From assembly GCF_036365525.1 (NCBI RefSeq), contig NC_090405.1:24986001-25050000 (forward strand): 64,000 nt of DNA. Direction: 5' to 3'. Source of the DNA: Heterodontus francisci. Lineage: Eukaryota. Shown piece after piece: positions 1 through 11,803 of this stretch. How positions within the stretch are numbered: the first letter of the stretch is position 1; each line of letters starts with the position of its first letter. The notes under the pieces were generated by a model. The model was not told where the DNA came from and did no database searches. It saw only the letters and a program-made list of their open reading frames with translations. The translations under genes were made by a program, and so were the position numbers.

Positions 1-29
1 ATAAATGAATAACAGAATAATAAAGCCCT

Positions 30-290
30 ATATGTATATTCCTCTATTCCTTTCACCCTATACATCTGTTCAGCTTCCCCTTAAGTGTACCGACCGATAC
101 TATTCGCCTCAACCTCTCCCTATGGTCGCATGATCCAGATTCTAAGCACTCACTTCATAAACACATTTTTCATTAATTCCTCATTTCTTTTATTAATGAC
201 AATTTTAAATTTCTGGCCCTTTTTTCCCACAAGTGGAAACATGTCTCCATCTACCCTATCAAACCCCCTTCACTATTTCCTCATATTGCA
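30..290 (-). mobile_element. Ancient CR1 3' remnant; related remnants at 19700-20040 (-) and 51060-51420 (+)
   Basis: Degenerate similarity to CR1 3' ends elsewhere in the window. Confidence 0.55.
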
Positions 291-564
291 AGGTTTCTTT
301 AACCCTGACAGACTTTGGGAGTTTCTGCCACTCTATTGAAATTCTTGCTTCCAGCCAGTAGATGTCACCTCACTCCAATACACTGAAGTTTACAAATCTG
401 AGAGGGATGCAACAGGAAATAATTGTTCACATTATAGTGAATATGTGAGATTTAGAAATACTAGGAGTGGAGATGAGCTATTAATGCATTTTATTTAAGC
501 AATCATTGGTTTTGATGTTGTCATAAATCTGTCAGCTTGTTGTCTTGCCTGTGAAAGTCATTTT

Positions 565-2815
565 TTAATCTGTCAGTCTCAGGGACTGACCCTCAGTGAA
601 ATTCATTACCTATCTGTCATTCACTGGTACAGTGTGTGAGTGTGGGATTAACACTGTATTTGTCATTTTCTGGTAATGCATGTGTGAGTGTGGAAAACAC
701 TTTGTATCTGTCACAGCTGCTATACATGAGTCTGGGATTCATTCTGTGTCTGATACTTGGTTTGTTTGGTGGGGGGAGGAGTTTTCTTTCTGTAACTGTG
801 GTCTCTCATTCTGTGTGTGAGTGTGGAATCTATTCAGTCTCTGTTTTTCTGATACATTGTGCCTGAGTATGGGATTAATTCAGTGTTTGTGAGGTTGTGG
901 TAGTGTCTGAGTGTGGAATTCATTCTCTATCTGTCAATCTCTGGCACTGTATGTGAGTATGGGATTCATTCTGTGTCTGATACTTGGTGTGTTTGGTGGG
1001 GGGAGGAGTTTTCTTTCTGTAACTGTGGTCTCTCATTCTGTGTGTGAGTGTGGAATTTATTCAGTCTCTGTTTTTCTCTGACATTGTGCCTGAGTATGGG
1101 ATTAATTCAGTGTTTGTGAGGTTGTGGTAGTGTCTGAGTGTGGAATTCATTCTCTATCTGTCAATCTCTGGCACTGTATGTGAGTGTGGGATTCATTCTG
1201 CAGCTGTCAATATTCTGGCACTGTATGTGAGTGTGTTTGTCAGTCTCTAACACTGTCAGTGAATGTGGTATTTTTTCTATATCTTTAAATCTTTGGTATT
1301 ATGTCTGAGTGTGCGCATCTGTATGCCAGGCTCTGTTCCTGTGTGTCCATGATAGATTAATAAAAATATGACAGTCTCTGATACTCTATGTGAGTATAAG
1401 TTTCTTTCTTCATCCATCTGCCTTGGGCACTCTATAAAGATGTTGATATCCTTCCTTATCCATCACTCACTGAAACTAAATAGGATTAATTCTGTTTCAG
1501 TCAATAACTAAAACTAAATGTCACTGGTAATTACTGAATGTCAGTTAGTGTCTGGTATTGCATCTGAATGCAGGTCTCACTCATTCGTGCCAGTGCCTGG
1601 TACTGTGTGTGAATATGATATTAATTCCATACCTGTTAACACCTGGAGTTGAATGGAAGTGTAAAATTCAGCTTGTATCTGTCAATCTCTGGTACTGTGT
1701 GTGAGTCATAGAGAGATACAGCACTGAAACAGGCCCTTCAGCCCACTGAGTCTGTGCCAACCATCAGCCACCCATTTATACTAATCCTACATTAATCCCA
1801 TATTCCCTCCCACATCTCCACCTTCCCTCAATTCTCCTGCCACCTACCTACCTACATGAGGGGCAATTTACAATGGCCAATTTACCTATCAACCTGTAAG
1901 TCGTTGGCTGTGGGAGGAAACTGGAGCACCCGGCGGAAACCCACAGTCACAGGGAGAACTTGCAAATTCCGCACAGGCAGTACCCAGAACTGAACCCAGG
2001 TCGCTGGAGCTGTGAGGCTGCGGTACTAACCGCTGCAACACTGTGCCACCCTGTGGGATACATCCTCTGTCTGCCATTCTCAGGTATGGTAAGCAACTGA
2101 AATTATTCTGCATCTCTCAGTGCCGAGGGCTGAATGAGAATAAGTCCCACACTCACAATCACTCCATCTCTTGTATTCATTTAGACTCATTCTATACTTG
2201 TATAACATTGGTGCTGTCTGTGAGAGTGGGATTAATTCTGTATCTGTCAGTCTGAGGGATGATATGTGACTGTGGGATTCATTTTGTCTGTGTGAGACTC
2301 GGGTATTCTGTATGATTACATTCTGTAAATCTTAGTCCCTGATTCTGTGCATAAGTGTGCAACTCATTCTGTCTCCACTAGTCTTTGTTTCTGGTCATGT
2401 AATAGTGACTCCTCTGTAACACTCAGCAATGTATGAGTGTGGGATTCATTCGGTAGCTCTCCATCTCTGGAACTGTTTGAGACTTATTCTGCATCGATCA
2501 GTCAGTTATACAATACATGCTTGTGGGATTCATTCTGTACCTGTCAGTCCATGGCACTGTGTATGAGCGTGGGATTCATTCTGCATCTGTCAACCTCTGG
2601 TACTGTATGTGAGCACAGGATTTATTTTATAGTTGCCACTCACTAGCATTATGTATCAGTGTGGGATTTATTCTGTATCTGTTAATCTGTTAACATGTAG
2701 GATTTGTTGTGTAGCTCTCTGTTTGGAGTGCTGTATATGAATGCGGGATTCATTCAGTTGCTCTCAGTATCTGGTGTTCCATGTGAGTTTGGGATGCATT
2801 CTGTATCGGTCAGGT
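565..2815 (+). repeat. Degenerate ~46-bp minisatellite (GTGTGGGATTCATTCTGTATCTGTCAGTCTCTGGTACTGTGTGTGA) with a 227-bp higher-order duplication (734-960 / 961-1187)
   Basis: Recurrent motif at ~46-bp spacing (e.g. 911-956). Confidence 0.85.
1703..2051 (-). mobile_element. tRNA-derived V-SINE (HE1-like)
   Basis: GGTGGCACAGT..GGTTAG head, V-domain-like body, CR1-type 3' tail GGGCCTGTTTCAGTGCTGTATCTCT. Confidence 0.88.
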
Positions 2816-3198
2816 ATGGTGTTGGAAAGGATATGTTTCACACCTTAATGTTCCATAAATGTATTCTGACTTGTATCTAATTGAAAGGTGGATCAACTGA
2901 AGTTAATAGCTGTTGGTTTTAATCAGATATTGTGAGAGAGTTTTGGTCTAGTATTCAATCAGTATCACTGTGAACACAATTTGAGAATGGCAATATATTT
3001 TACAATCTGATTGATGGCCTGGTATGTGAGGTCAGCTTCATTCAACTCGTAACAATGGAATTAATATTGCGTCTTCCAGTCTGACCCTTTGTCAGTTTTG
3101 TGGAGTGGTGTGTAACAAGTAGCTCAGTCTGCAGTCTGGGTACATTATTGAGATTAATTCTGTACCTTGCAATCAGGTACTGTTTGTCTGTTCTATCT

Positions 3199-3555
3199 TT
3201 GTTATTTTTTTTATTTTTATTTAGAGATACAGCATTGAAACAGGCCCTTCGGCCCACCGAGTCTGTGCCGACCAACAACCACCCATTTATACTAACCCTA
3301 CACTAACCCCATATTCTCTACCACATCCCCAATATTCTCCTACCACCTACCTACCACCTACCTACACTAGGGGCAATTTACAATGGCCAATTTGCCTATC
3401 AACCTGCAAGTCTTTTGGAGGTGGGAGGAAACCGGAGCACCCGGAGGAAACCCACGCAGACACAGGGAGAACTTGCAAACTCCACACAGGCAGTACCAAG
3501 AATCGAACCCGGGTCGCTGGAGCTGTGAGGCTGCGGTGCTAACCACTGCGCCACT
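3199..3555 (-). mobile_element. V-SINE (HE1-like)
   Basis: Same family sequence; absent at the paralogous site ~27180. Confidence 0.88.
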
Positions 3556-3921
3556 GACATTGAATTTGTAGTTGAGGCTGCACTCTTATGAGAGTGACAC
3601 AGTGCCTTGCAATCTGATAGTGGGTGTGATTTTGGACTGGGATTGATGTATCTACCTGTCAGTGGGACTGAGTTGGGGCGAAATGGAAACAACTTCAGTC
3701 TTTCCTGCTCTGTGTGACTGTTGGATTGAATGAATGTCTCTGGAACTTGAGATCAGTGCCAGTCTGACTACTTCTGTTGTTGGTGGAACTGATGTCTCTG
3801 CTCTCTGTGAGTGATACTGTACTTACTATGTGTGGATTGGCTGCACTTCCCCTTGAGTCGAGGAATCATTACATTTATTCCACTTCCTTCAAGTATTTGC
3901 CTGTAGGAAGAAAAGGTATTT

Positions 3922-4438
3922 ATAGTTGACTTTGTTGCAGTTAGATACAACTGAGAGGCTTGCTAGGCCATTTCACAGGGCATTTAAGAGTCAAATTTAT
4001 TGCTGTGGGTCTGGAGTCACATGTCGGCCGGACCAAGTAAGGAGAGCAGATTTCCTTCCCAGAAGGAAAATAGTGAACCAGATGGGTTTTTACAACAACC
4101 AACAATGGTTTCATGGCCATCATAAAACGAGCTTCATTTAATTCCAGATTTATTAAATAAATTCAACATTTTGCCATGGTGGGATTTGAACCCATGTCCC
4201 CAGAACAAGGCCCTGGGTTTCTGAGGTACTCGCCCAGTGACAATACCACTGCATCACTGCCTCCCCAATCAAAATCTTGGAACTCGCTTTCTAAGAGCAC
4301 TGTTGGTGGACCTAACCCACATGGACTGCAGCTGTTCAAGAAGGCAGCTCACCACCACCTTCTCAAGGACAATTAGGGATGGGCAATAAATGTTGGCCTA
4401 GCCAGCGATGCCCACGTCACATGAACGAATAAAAAAAA
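3922..4438. mobile_element. Composite insertion: inverted tRNA-headed segment (3925-4262, -) joined to a LINE 3' end (4266-4437, +)
   Basis: Minus strand has A-box-like (CAGTGGTATT) and B-box GGTTCAAATCCC. Plus strand ends ...GGGCAATAAATG...GAATAAAAAAAA. The whole block is absent at the paralogous site ~27545. Confidence 0.75.
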
Positions 4439-4971
4439 TCAGGAAGAGGTGTGGTAGAAGATACAAATGTGACCAAAACAATGTTTCAATGAATAATCAT
4501 TGTGAACAATCACAAAGGAAACCCAGCAACACAAACAGAGTCAGTGTCTGATTCCACTGCAGTCCTTCAGCCCCCAGCTACTGCATACCAGGGGCTTTGG
4601 CCATTTTACAACAATTAAATGACATCCAGAAACAATCCACTGGGCCATGAACGGGACTGACCGACGGAGCAGAGACTTTTACACAGGTCAGATTTCCAGT
4701 TCCCGCTTCTATGGTCGAAGCGAAACCAAACAGCCGCTGTTTAAAATGTGTCCTTCACACTTCTCACCTGGTGCCCATAATAGATTCTCTTTGTGTAACT
4801 CCCCACATTCTGACTGTCCGCTTCTGTTTCCACACTTCACTGTCCAATAACAATAAACTGTGGGATCAGGCTGGATCGCTCTTTGAGCTGGCGCGGACAT
4901 GTTGAGCCGAATGGCCTCATTCTGTGCCGGAAATTTTCCATGTTTCTGTTTGCGGAATTGTTGCAGAAATC

Positions 4972-5226
4972 TGCGCCTGCGCTCCCCTCCCCCAGCACTG
5001 CCTGTGAGCGGAAGAAGATGGTTTAAAACAGCCGCCAATGGAGAGATCCCGGTCCCGGGGGAAGGGAGCAAACAGCAGCCTCCTTCCAGCAGCACATCGC
5101 TTTGGGAGCGTGTCCGCAGATAGACTCAGAGATCAGCTTCGAGTCCGGGGCAAGTTCAGGGGGAGGTGGGGGCTGTTTGTAAGAGACGGAGTGGAGCGAG
5201 AACTGGTCCCGGAACATGGAGTGAGT
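4972..5226 (+). promoter_or_regulatory. CpG-rich promoter / candidate first exon ending at donor ATGGA|GTGAGT
   Basis: NRF1-like TGCGCCTGCGC (4972), ETS CGGAAG (~5009), YY1-like AAGATGG, donor at 5221. Confidence 0.55.
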
Positions 5227-5448
5227 GGGGGAAGGGAGAGACTATTCTCGGGCTGTGTGGACAAGGGGAGGGAGACAGAATGGGAAGAAACTGTTATTGT
5301 AGTGGAGTGAAACACTGACAATATTTGTGTAGCTGGGGTTCCTTTGCGGGTATCCATAATGATTATTATTTGAGAGATTAAATTAATTAAAACTCTATCT
5401 CCTATTTCACCTTGATTTGAATTAAAAAACATACTTTTGTTCCAACAG

Positions 5449-5701
5449 GCAAATAATTGAAGAAACCAGAGTAAATGTCATTTTTCCTCCACCCAAGTTA
5501 CAAGGAAGAGTGTCACCAGCTCCTTCTCACACACAGTACGTACATTATCACTCACAGAGCGCAGAGACACAGACAGATCATCAGTTCCACAGTCTCAGAC
5601 AGCAGAAATAGTTCCAGAGACACATTTTCAATGTATCAATCAAACAGAGCAGGAGAGACAGACGTTGTTTCCATGTCACCCCAACTCAGTACCACTGACA
5701 G
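5449..5701 (+). other. Candidate internal exon module (about 9 paralogous copies in the window)
   Basis: Acceptor TTTTGTTCCAACAG|G and donor CAG|GTAGAT. Paralogs at ~3655-3900, 15855-16117, 27280-27526, 28215-28407, 48635-48887, 49937-50180, 51614-51885, 61823-62095. Confidence 0.45.
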
Positions 5702-6011
5702 GTAGATACATACATCCCAGTCCAAATTCACACCCACTATCAAATTATCAGTGTGTCAATCCCACAATAGTGCAACCTCAGCTACAAATTAAATACACAT
5801 AGAACTGGGTACATGGTTCCCGTTTCAAAGTTACAGAATTAGCCTCAATAATGTACTCTGAGATTCAAGTTAATACCCGCCCAATATTAACACATTATGG
5901 GTTTATAAGTTGCAGTATTAATTCCCATAGTGTATGCTGACATATACATGAGATACTAGTCCAAATTTCAGGTGCAGAATCAGATTGAGGGATTCCGTAA
6001 AATAGAATGTC

Positions 6012-8362
6012 TTTCCTGGATGTCAAGGGATATAGAGGATTGGATAAGGAAAAAAAAGGAGGCTTATGGCAGATTCAGAGTGCTGAAAACAGTGGAGGCA
6101 CGAGAGGAGTATGGAAAGTGTAGGGTGGTACTTTAAAAAAGTAATTAGGAGAGCAAAGTGGGGTGATGAGAAAACACTGGCGGGCAAGATAAAGGAAAAT
6201 CCCAAGGCATTTTATAAGTATATTATTTATTTTTTTAATTTTATTTAGAGATATAGCACTGAAACAGGCCCTTCAGCCCACCGAGTCTGCGCCGACCAAC
6301 AAGCACCCATTTGTACTAATCCTACATTAACCCCATATTCTCTACCACATCCCCACCATTCTCCTACCTCTTACCTACACTAGGGGCAATTTACAATGAC
6401 CAATTTACCTATCAACCTGCAAGTCTTTGGAGGTGGGAGGAAACCGGAGCATCCAGCAGAAACCCACACAGACACAGGGAGAACTTGCAAACTCTGCACA
6501 GGCAGTACCCAGAACTGAACACAGGTTGACTGAAGCTGTGAGGCTGCAGTGCTAACTACTGCGCCACTGTGCCGCAAGAGGATAACTAGGGAAAGAGTAG
6601 GGCCCATTAGGGACCAAAGTGGCAATCTGTATGTGGAGCCGGAGGACATAGGTGAGGTTTTAAATGATTACTTTTCATCTGTGTTCACTATGGAGAAGGA
6701 CGATGTAGGTGTAGAGATCAGGGAGGGGGATTGTGATATCCTTCAACAAATTAGCACTGAAAGGGAGGAAGTATTAGCTGTTTTAGCGGGCTTAAAAGTG
6801 GATAAATCCGCAGGGCCAGATGAGATGTTATGTGAGGCAAGGGAGGAGATAGCAGGGGCTCTGACACAAATTTTCAAATCCTCTCTGGCCACAGGAGAGG
6901 TACCAGAAGACTGGAGGAAAGCGACTGTGGTACCTTTATTCATGAAGTATAGCAGGGATAAACCAGGTAATTACAGGCTGGTGTGTCTAACATCAGTGGT
7001 AGGGAAATTATTGGAAAAAATTCTGAGGGACAGGATTAATCTCCACTTGGAGAGGCAGGGATTAATCAGGGATAGTCAGCATGGCTTTGTGAGGGGGAGA
7101 TCGTGTCTAACTAACTTGATTGAATTTTTTGAGGAGGTGACTAGATGTGTAGATGAGGGTAAAGCAGTTGATGTAGTCTACATGGACTTCAGTAAGGCTC
7201 TGATAAGGTTTTTCATGGGAGATTGGTTCAGAAGGTAAGAGCCCATCTGATCCAGGGCAATTTGGCAAATTGGATCCAAAATTGGGTTAGTGGCAGGAGG
7301 CAGATGGTGATGGTCAAGGGTTGTTGTTGTGAGTGGAAGCCTGTGACCAGTGGTGTACCACAGGGATCGGTGCTGGGACCCTTGCTGTTTGTAGTGTACA
7401 TTAATGACTTAGACATGAATATAGGAGGTATGATCAGTAAGTTCGCAGATGACACTAAAATTGGTGGGTGTCGGAAATAGTGAGGAGGAAATACTTCAAT
7501 TACAGGGAGATATAGATGGGCTGGTTAGATGGGCAGAGCAGTGGCAAATGGAAGTTAATCCTGAGAAGTGCAAGGTGATGAATTTTGGGAGGACTAACAA
7601 AGCAAGGGAATGCACAATGGATGGTAGGACTCTAGGAAGTACAGAGGGTCAGAGGGACCTTGGTGTACTTGTCCATAGATCACTGAAGGCAGGAGAACAG
7701 TCAGATAAGGTGGTTAGGAAGGCATATGGGACACTTGCCTTTATTAGCCAACGCATAGAATATAAGAGCAGGGAGGTTATGTTGGAGCTGTATAAAATGT
7801 TAGTTAGGCCACAGCTGGAGTACTGTGTACAGTTCTGGGCACTACACTGCAGGTAGGATGTGATTGCACTGGAGAGGGTGCAAAGGAGATTCACCAGGGT
7901 GTTGCCTGGGCTGGAGCATTTCAGCTGTGAAGAGAAACTGGATAGGCTAGGATTGTTTTCCTTAGAGCACGAAGGCTGAGGGAGGACCTGATTGAGGTAT
8001 ACAAAATTATGAGGGGCATTGATAGGATAGATATAAAGAAACTTTTTTCCTTAGCGGAGGGGTCAATAACCAGGGGTCATAGATTTAAGGTGAGGGGAAG
8101 GAGGTTTAGAGGGAATTTGAGGAAAAAAAATTTCACCCAGAGGGTGTTTGGAATCAGGAACACACTGCCTGAAAGGCTGGTAGAAGCAGGAACCCTCACA
8201 ACGTTTAAGAAGTCTTTAGATGAGCACTTGAAATGCCATAGCATACAAGGCTATGGGCCAAGTGCTGGAAAATGGGATTAGAATAGATAGGTGCTTGATG
8301 GCCAGCACAAACACGATGGGCTGAAGGGCCTGTTTCTGTGCTGCATAACTCTATGACTCTAT
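6012..8362 (+). mobile_element. 5'-truncated CR1 LINE (frameshifted ORF2 RT)
   Basis: [32 protein letters not shown]; 3' tail CTCTATGACTCTAT. Confidence 0.92.
6224..6574 (-). mobile_element. V-SINE (HE1-like) nested in CR1
   Basis: Same family sequence. Confidence 0.88.
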
Positions 8363-8462
8363 AATAAAAGCAAAATACTGCGGATGCTGGAAATCTGAAA
8401 CAAAAACAAGAAATGCTGGATTCACTCAGCAGGTCTGGCAGCATCTGTGGAAAGAGAAGCAG

Positions 8463-8499
8463 AGTTAACGTTTCGGGTCAGTGACCCTTCTTCGGAACT
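8463..8499 (-). ncRNA. Minimal hammerhead-like motif (PLE 3' pseudo-LTR)
   Basis: Reverse complement of the 15678-15714 motif. Confidence 0.7.
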
Positions 8500-8880
8500 G
8501 ACAAATATTAGAAAAGTCACAGATTATAAACAAGTGAGGTGGGGGTTGGGCAAGAGATAACAAAGGAGAAGGTGCAGATTGGACCAGGCCACATAGCTGA
8601 CCAAAAGGGCACGGAGCAAAGGCAAACAATATGTTAATGGTGTGTTGAAAGACAAAGCATTAGTACAGAATAGGTGTGAATAGACTGAATATTGAACATC
8701 AGCAAGTGCAAACCTGAAGAAAAACAACCTGAAAAAAACAGTGGGTAAGCAAACTGAACAAACTAAGATGAAATGAAATAAATGCAAAAAAAGATTGTAA
8801 AAAATGTAAAAAGGAATGCAAAAAAAAGGGAAGAAAAAATAACTAAAAATGACTAAAAATGAAAGTAAAGTGGGGGGCTG

Positions 8881-11631
8881 TCATGCTCTGAAATTATTGA
8901 ACTCAATGTTCAGTCCGGCAGGCTGTAGTGTGCCTAATCGGTAGATGAGATGCTGTTCCTCGAGCTTGCGTTGATGTTCACTGGAACACTGCAGCAATCC
9001 CAGGACAGAGATGTGAGCATGAGAGCAGGGGGGAGTGTTGAAATGGCAAGCAACTGGAAGCTCAGGGTCCTGCTTGCGGACTGAGCGGAGATGTTCCGCA
9101 AAGCGGTCACCCAGTCTGCGCTTGGTCTCCCCAATGTAGAGGAGACCACACTGTGAGCAGCGAATACAGTATACTACATTGAAAGAAGTACAAGTAAATC
9201 GCTGCTTCACCTGAAAGGAGTGTTTGGGGCCTGGGATAGTGAGGAGAGAGGAGGTAAATGGGCAGGTATTACACCTCCTGCGATTGCAAGGGAAGGTGCC
9301 CTGGGACGGGGACGAGGTGGTGGGGGTAATGGAGGAGTGGACCAGGGTGTCGCGGAGGGAACGATCCCTTCGGAATGCTGACAGGGGAAGGGAGGGGAAG
9401 ATGCGACTGGTAGTGGCATCACGCTGGAGGTGGCGAAAATGGCGGAGGATGATCCTTTGGATATGGAGGCTGGTGGGATGAAAAGTGAGGACAAGGGGAA
9501 CCCTGTCACGGTTCTGGGAGGGAGGGGAAGGGGTGAGGGTAGAGGTGCGGAGAATGGGTCGGACACGGTTGAGGGCCCTGTCAACCACAGTGGGGGGAAA
9601 TCCTCGGTTGAGGAAAAAGGAGGTCATATCAGAAGCACCGTCATGGAAGGTAGCATCATCAGAGCAGATGCGTCGGAGACGGAGAAACTGGGAGAATGGA
9701 ATGGAGTCCTTACAGGAGGTAGGGTGTGAAGAAGTGTAGTCGAGGTAGCTGTGGGAGTCAGTGGGCTTATAATGGATATTGGTAGACAACCTATCCCCAG
9801 AGATGGAGACAGAGAAGTCGAGGAAGGGAAGGGAAGTGTCAGAGATGGACCATGTAAAGGTGAGAGAAGGGTGGAAATTGGAAGCAAAGTTGATAAAGTT
9901 TTCTAGTTCGGGGCGGGAGCAGGAAACGGCACCGATACAGTCATCAATGTACCGGAAAAAGAGTTGGGGGAGGGGGCCTGAGTAGGACTGGAACAAAGAA
10001 TGCTCGACATATCCCACAAAAAGACAGGCATAACTAGGACCCATGCGGGTACCCATAGCGACACCTTTTACTTGAAGGAAATGCATGGAGTTGAAGGAGA
10101 AGTTGTTCAATGTGAGAACAAGTTCAGCCAGGCGGAGGAGGGTGTTGGTGGATGGGGACTGGTTGGGCCTCTGTTCCAGGAAGAAGCGGAGAGCCCTCAA
10201 ACCATCCTGGTGGGGGATGGAGGTGTAGAGCGATTGGACGTCCATAGTGAAGAGGAGGCGGTTGGGACCAGGAAACTGGAAATTGTCAAAATGACGTAGG
10301 GCGTCAGAAGAGTCACGGATGTAGCTGGGAAGAGACTGGACCAGCGGAGAAAAGATAGAGTCTAGATAGGAAGAAATAAGTTCAGTTGGGCAGGAGCAGG
10401 CTGACACAATGGGTCTGCCGGGACAGTCCCGTTTGTGGATTTTGGGAAGGAGATAGAAGCGGGCTGTCCGGGGTTGCGGGACTATGAGGTTGGAAGCTGT
10501 AGAGGGAAGATCTCCAGAGGAGATGAGGTCAGTGACAGTCCTTTGGACGGTGGCTTGATGTTCGGTGGTGGGGTCATGGTCCAGAGGGAGGTAGGAAGAG
10601 GTGTCTGTGAGTTGGCGTTGAGCTTCTGCAAGGTAGAGGTCGGTACGCCATACAACAACAGCACCACCCTTGTCTGCAGGTTTGATGACCATGTCGGGGT
10701 TAGACCTGAGAGAACGGAGTGCCTCAAGTTCAGAGGGGGACAGGTTAGAGTGAGTGAGGGGGGCAGAGAAATTGAGACGACCAATGTCTCGCCGACAGTT
10801 TTCAATGAAGAGATCAAGAGCGGGTAAGAGGCCAGGGTGAGGGGTCCAGGTAGAGGGAGAATACTGGAGGCGGGTGAATGGGTCTGCTGGTCGGGGGGAG
10901 GACTCCTGGTCAAAGAAGTGAGCCCGGAGGCGGAGGCGACGGAAGAAGAGCTCAACGTCATGCCGAGCGCGAAATTCATTGAGGTGGGGGCGTAAGGGGA
11001 TAAAACTGAGTCCTTTGCTGAGTACAGAACGCTCAGCATCAGAGAGGGGGAGGTCAGAGGGTATAGTGAATACACGGCAAGGGGTCAGATCAGAAGGGGT
11101 GGGGTCAGAGGGAAGTGAAGCGGAAGGAGGATCTGGAGGGGCATTAGTCCCCATCAGCTGCTGGAGCTTGCGTTCCTTAACACCTGAAAGGAAGAAAAAA
11201 AGTTTTTTGTTAATGCGTCGGATGAGACGTAAGATGAGATGAAACTTCGGAGTAGAACAGATTTGAGATAAGGTGAGACGGTGCTGCTGGAGAGAGAGGT
11301 CCAGTGTGTGCATATGGCGGCGCATAGCACTGAGTGTGGATCTCAGGATGCGGCGAGAGTAGCAGTCCGAGGAACGTTGTATTTCTCGGAGATACCTGTG
11401 ATCCTGGGTGGTTTCAAAGCATGATGGGTGAAACTGCAGTTGGAATCCACGTGGAATCAGTCGGAGCCGGAGACAGTCACTGAGGAAGGAGATGTGGCTG
11501 TGAAAACGAGTTTTGGTAGATACCTTATCAAACACCAGGAGGGAAATAGAAAGCAATGAAGGTGAACAAGGTAAAAGAGACAAACGAAAATCCCGTCGGA
11601 GAGAAGAGCAGAACTTCTTCAAGGTAGGCAT
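8881..11631 (-). CDS. PLE polyprotein: reverse transcriptase + Cys-rich linker + GIY-YIG endonuclease
   Basis: RT motifs KPADKGG, RFYLLPKIHK, GRPIVS, MDVQSLYTSI, GVAMGTRMGPSYA, FRYIDD. Linker CNRRRCNTC. Endonuclease VVYCIRC..CGLLYIGETKR...R..EH...GLN. Confidence 0.95.
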   Translation of the reverse strand: MPTLKKFCSSLRRDFRLSLLPCSPSLLSISLLVFDKVSTKTRFHSHISFLSDCLRLRLIPRGFQLQFHPSCFETTQDHRYLREIQRSSDCYSRRILRSTLSAMRRHMHTLDLSLQQHRLTLSQICSTPKFHLILRLIRRINKKLFFFLSGVKERKLQQLMGTNAPPDPPSASLPSDPTPSDLTPCRVFTIPSDLPLSDAERSVLSKGLSFIPLRPHLNEFRARHDVELFFRRLRLRAHFFDQESSPRPADPFTRLQYSPSTWTPHPGLLPALDLFIENCRRDIGRLNFSAPLTHSNLSPSELEALRSLRSNPDMVIKPADKGGAVVVWRTDLYLAEAQRQLTDTSSYLPLDHDPTTEHQATVQRTVTDLISSGDLPSTASNLIVPQPRTARFYLLPKIHKRDCPGRPIVSACSCPTELISSYLDSIFSPLVQSLPSYIRDSSDALRHFDNFQFPGPNRLLFTMDVQSLYTSIPHQDGLRALRFFLEQRPNQSPSTNTLLRLAELVLTLNNFSFNSMHFLQVKGVAMGTRMGPSYACLFVGYVEHSLFQSYSGPLPQLFFRYIDDCIGAVSCSRPELENFINFASNFHPSLTFTWSISDTSLPFLDFSVSISGDRLSTNIHYKPTDSHSYLDYTSSHPTSCKDSIPFSQFLRLRRICSDDATFHDGASDMTSFFLNRGFPPTVVDRALNRVRPILRTSTLTPSPPSQNRDRVPLVLTFHPTSLHIQRIILRHFRHLQRDATTSRIFPSLPLSAFRRDRSLRDTLVHSSITPTTSSPSQGTFPCNRRRCNTCPFTSSLLTIPGPKHSFQVKQRFTCTSFNVVYCIRCSQCGLLYIGETKRRLGDRFAEHLRSVRKQDPELPVACHFNTPPCSHAHISVLGLLQCSSEHQRKLEEQHLIYRLGTLQPAGLNIEFNNFRA

Positions 11632-11766
11632 TCCTGGAAGAGAAGTGGCAGTGAATTAAACACTAAAATAAAAGCAAAATACTGCGGATGCTGGAAATCT
11701 GAAACAAAAACAAGAAATGCTGGATTCACTCAGCAGGTCTGGCAGCATCTGTAGAAAGAGAAGCAG

Positions 11767-11803
11767 AGTTAACGTTTCGGGTCAGTGACCCTTCTTCGGA
11801 ACT
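11767..11803 (-). ncRNA. Minimal hammerhead-like motif (PLE 5' pseudo-LTR)
   Basis: Reverse complement of the 15678-15714 motif. Confidence 0.7.

Noticed and set aside
5216-5611. 55-aa spliced micropeptide as a confident CDS
   Set aside because: The paralog at 48.9 kb has a stop at codon 7, upstream ATGs exist, and no protein family is recognisable. Kept only as a hypothesis.
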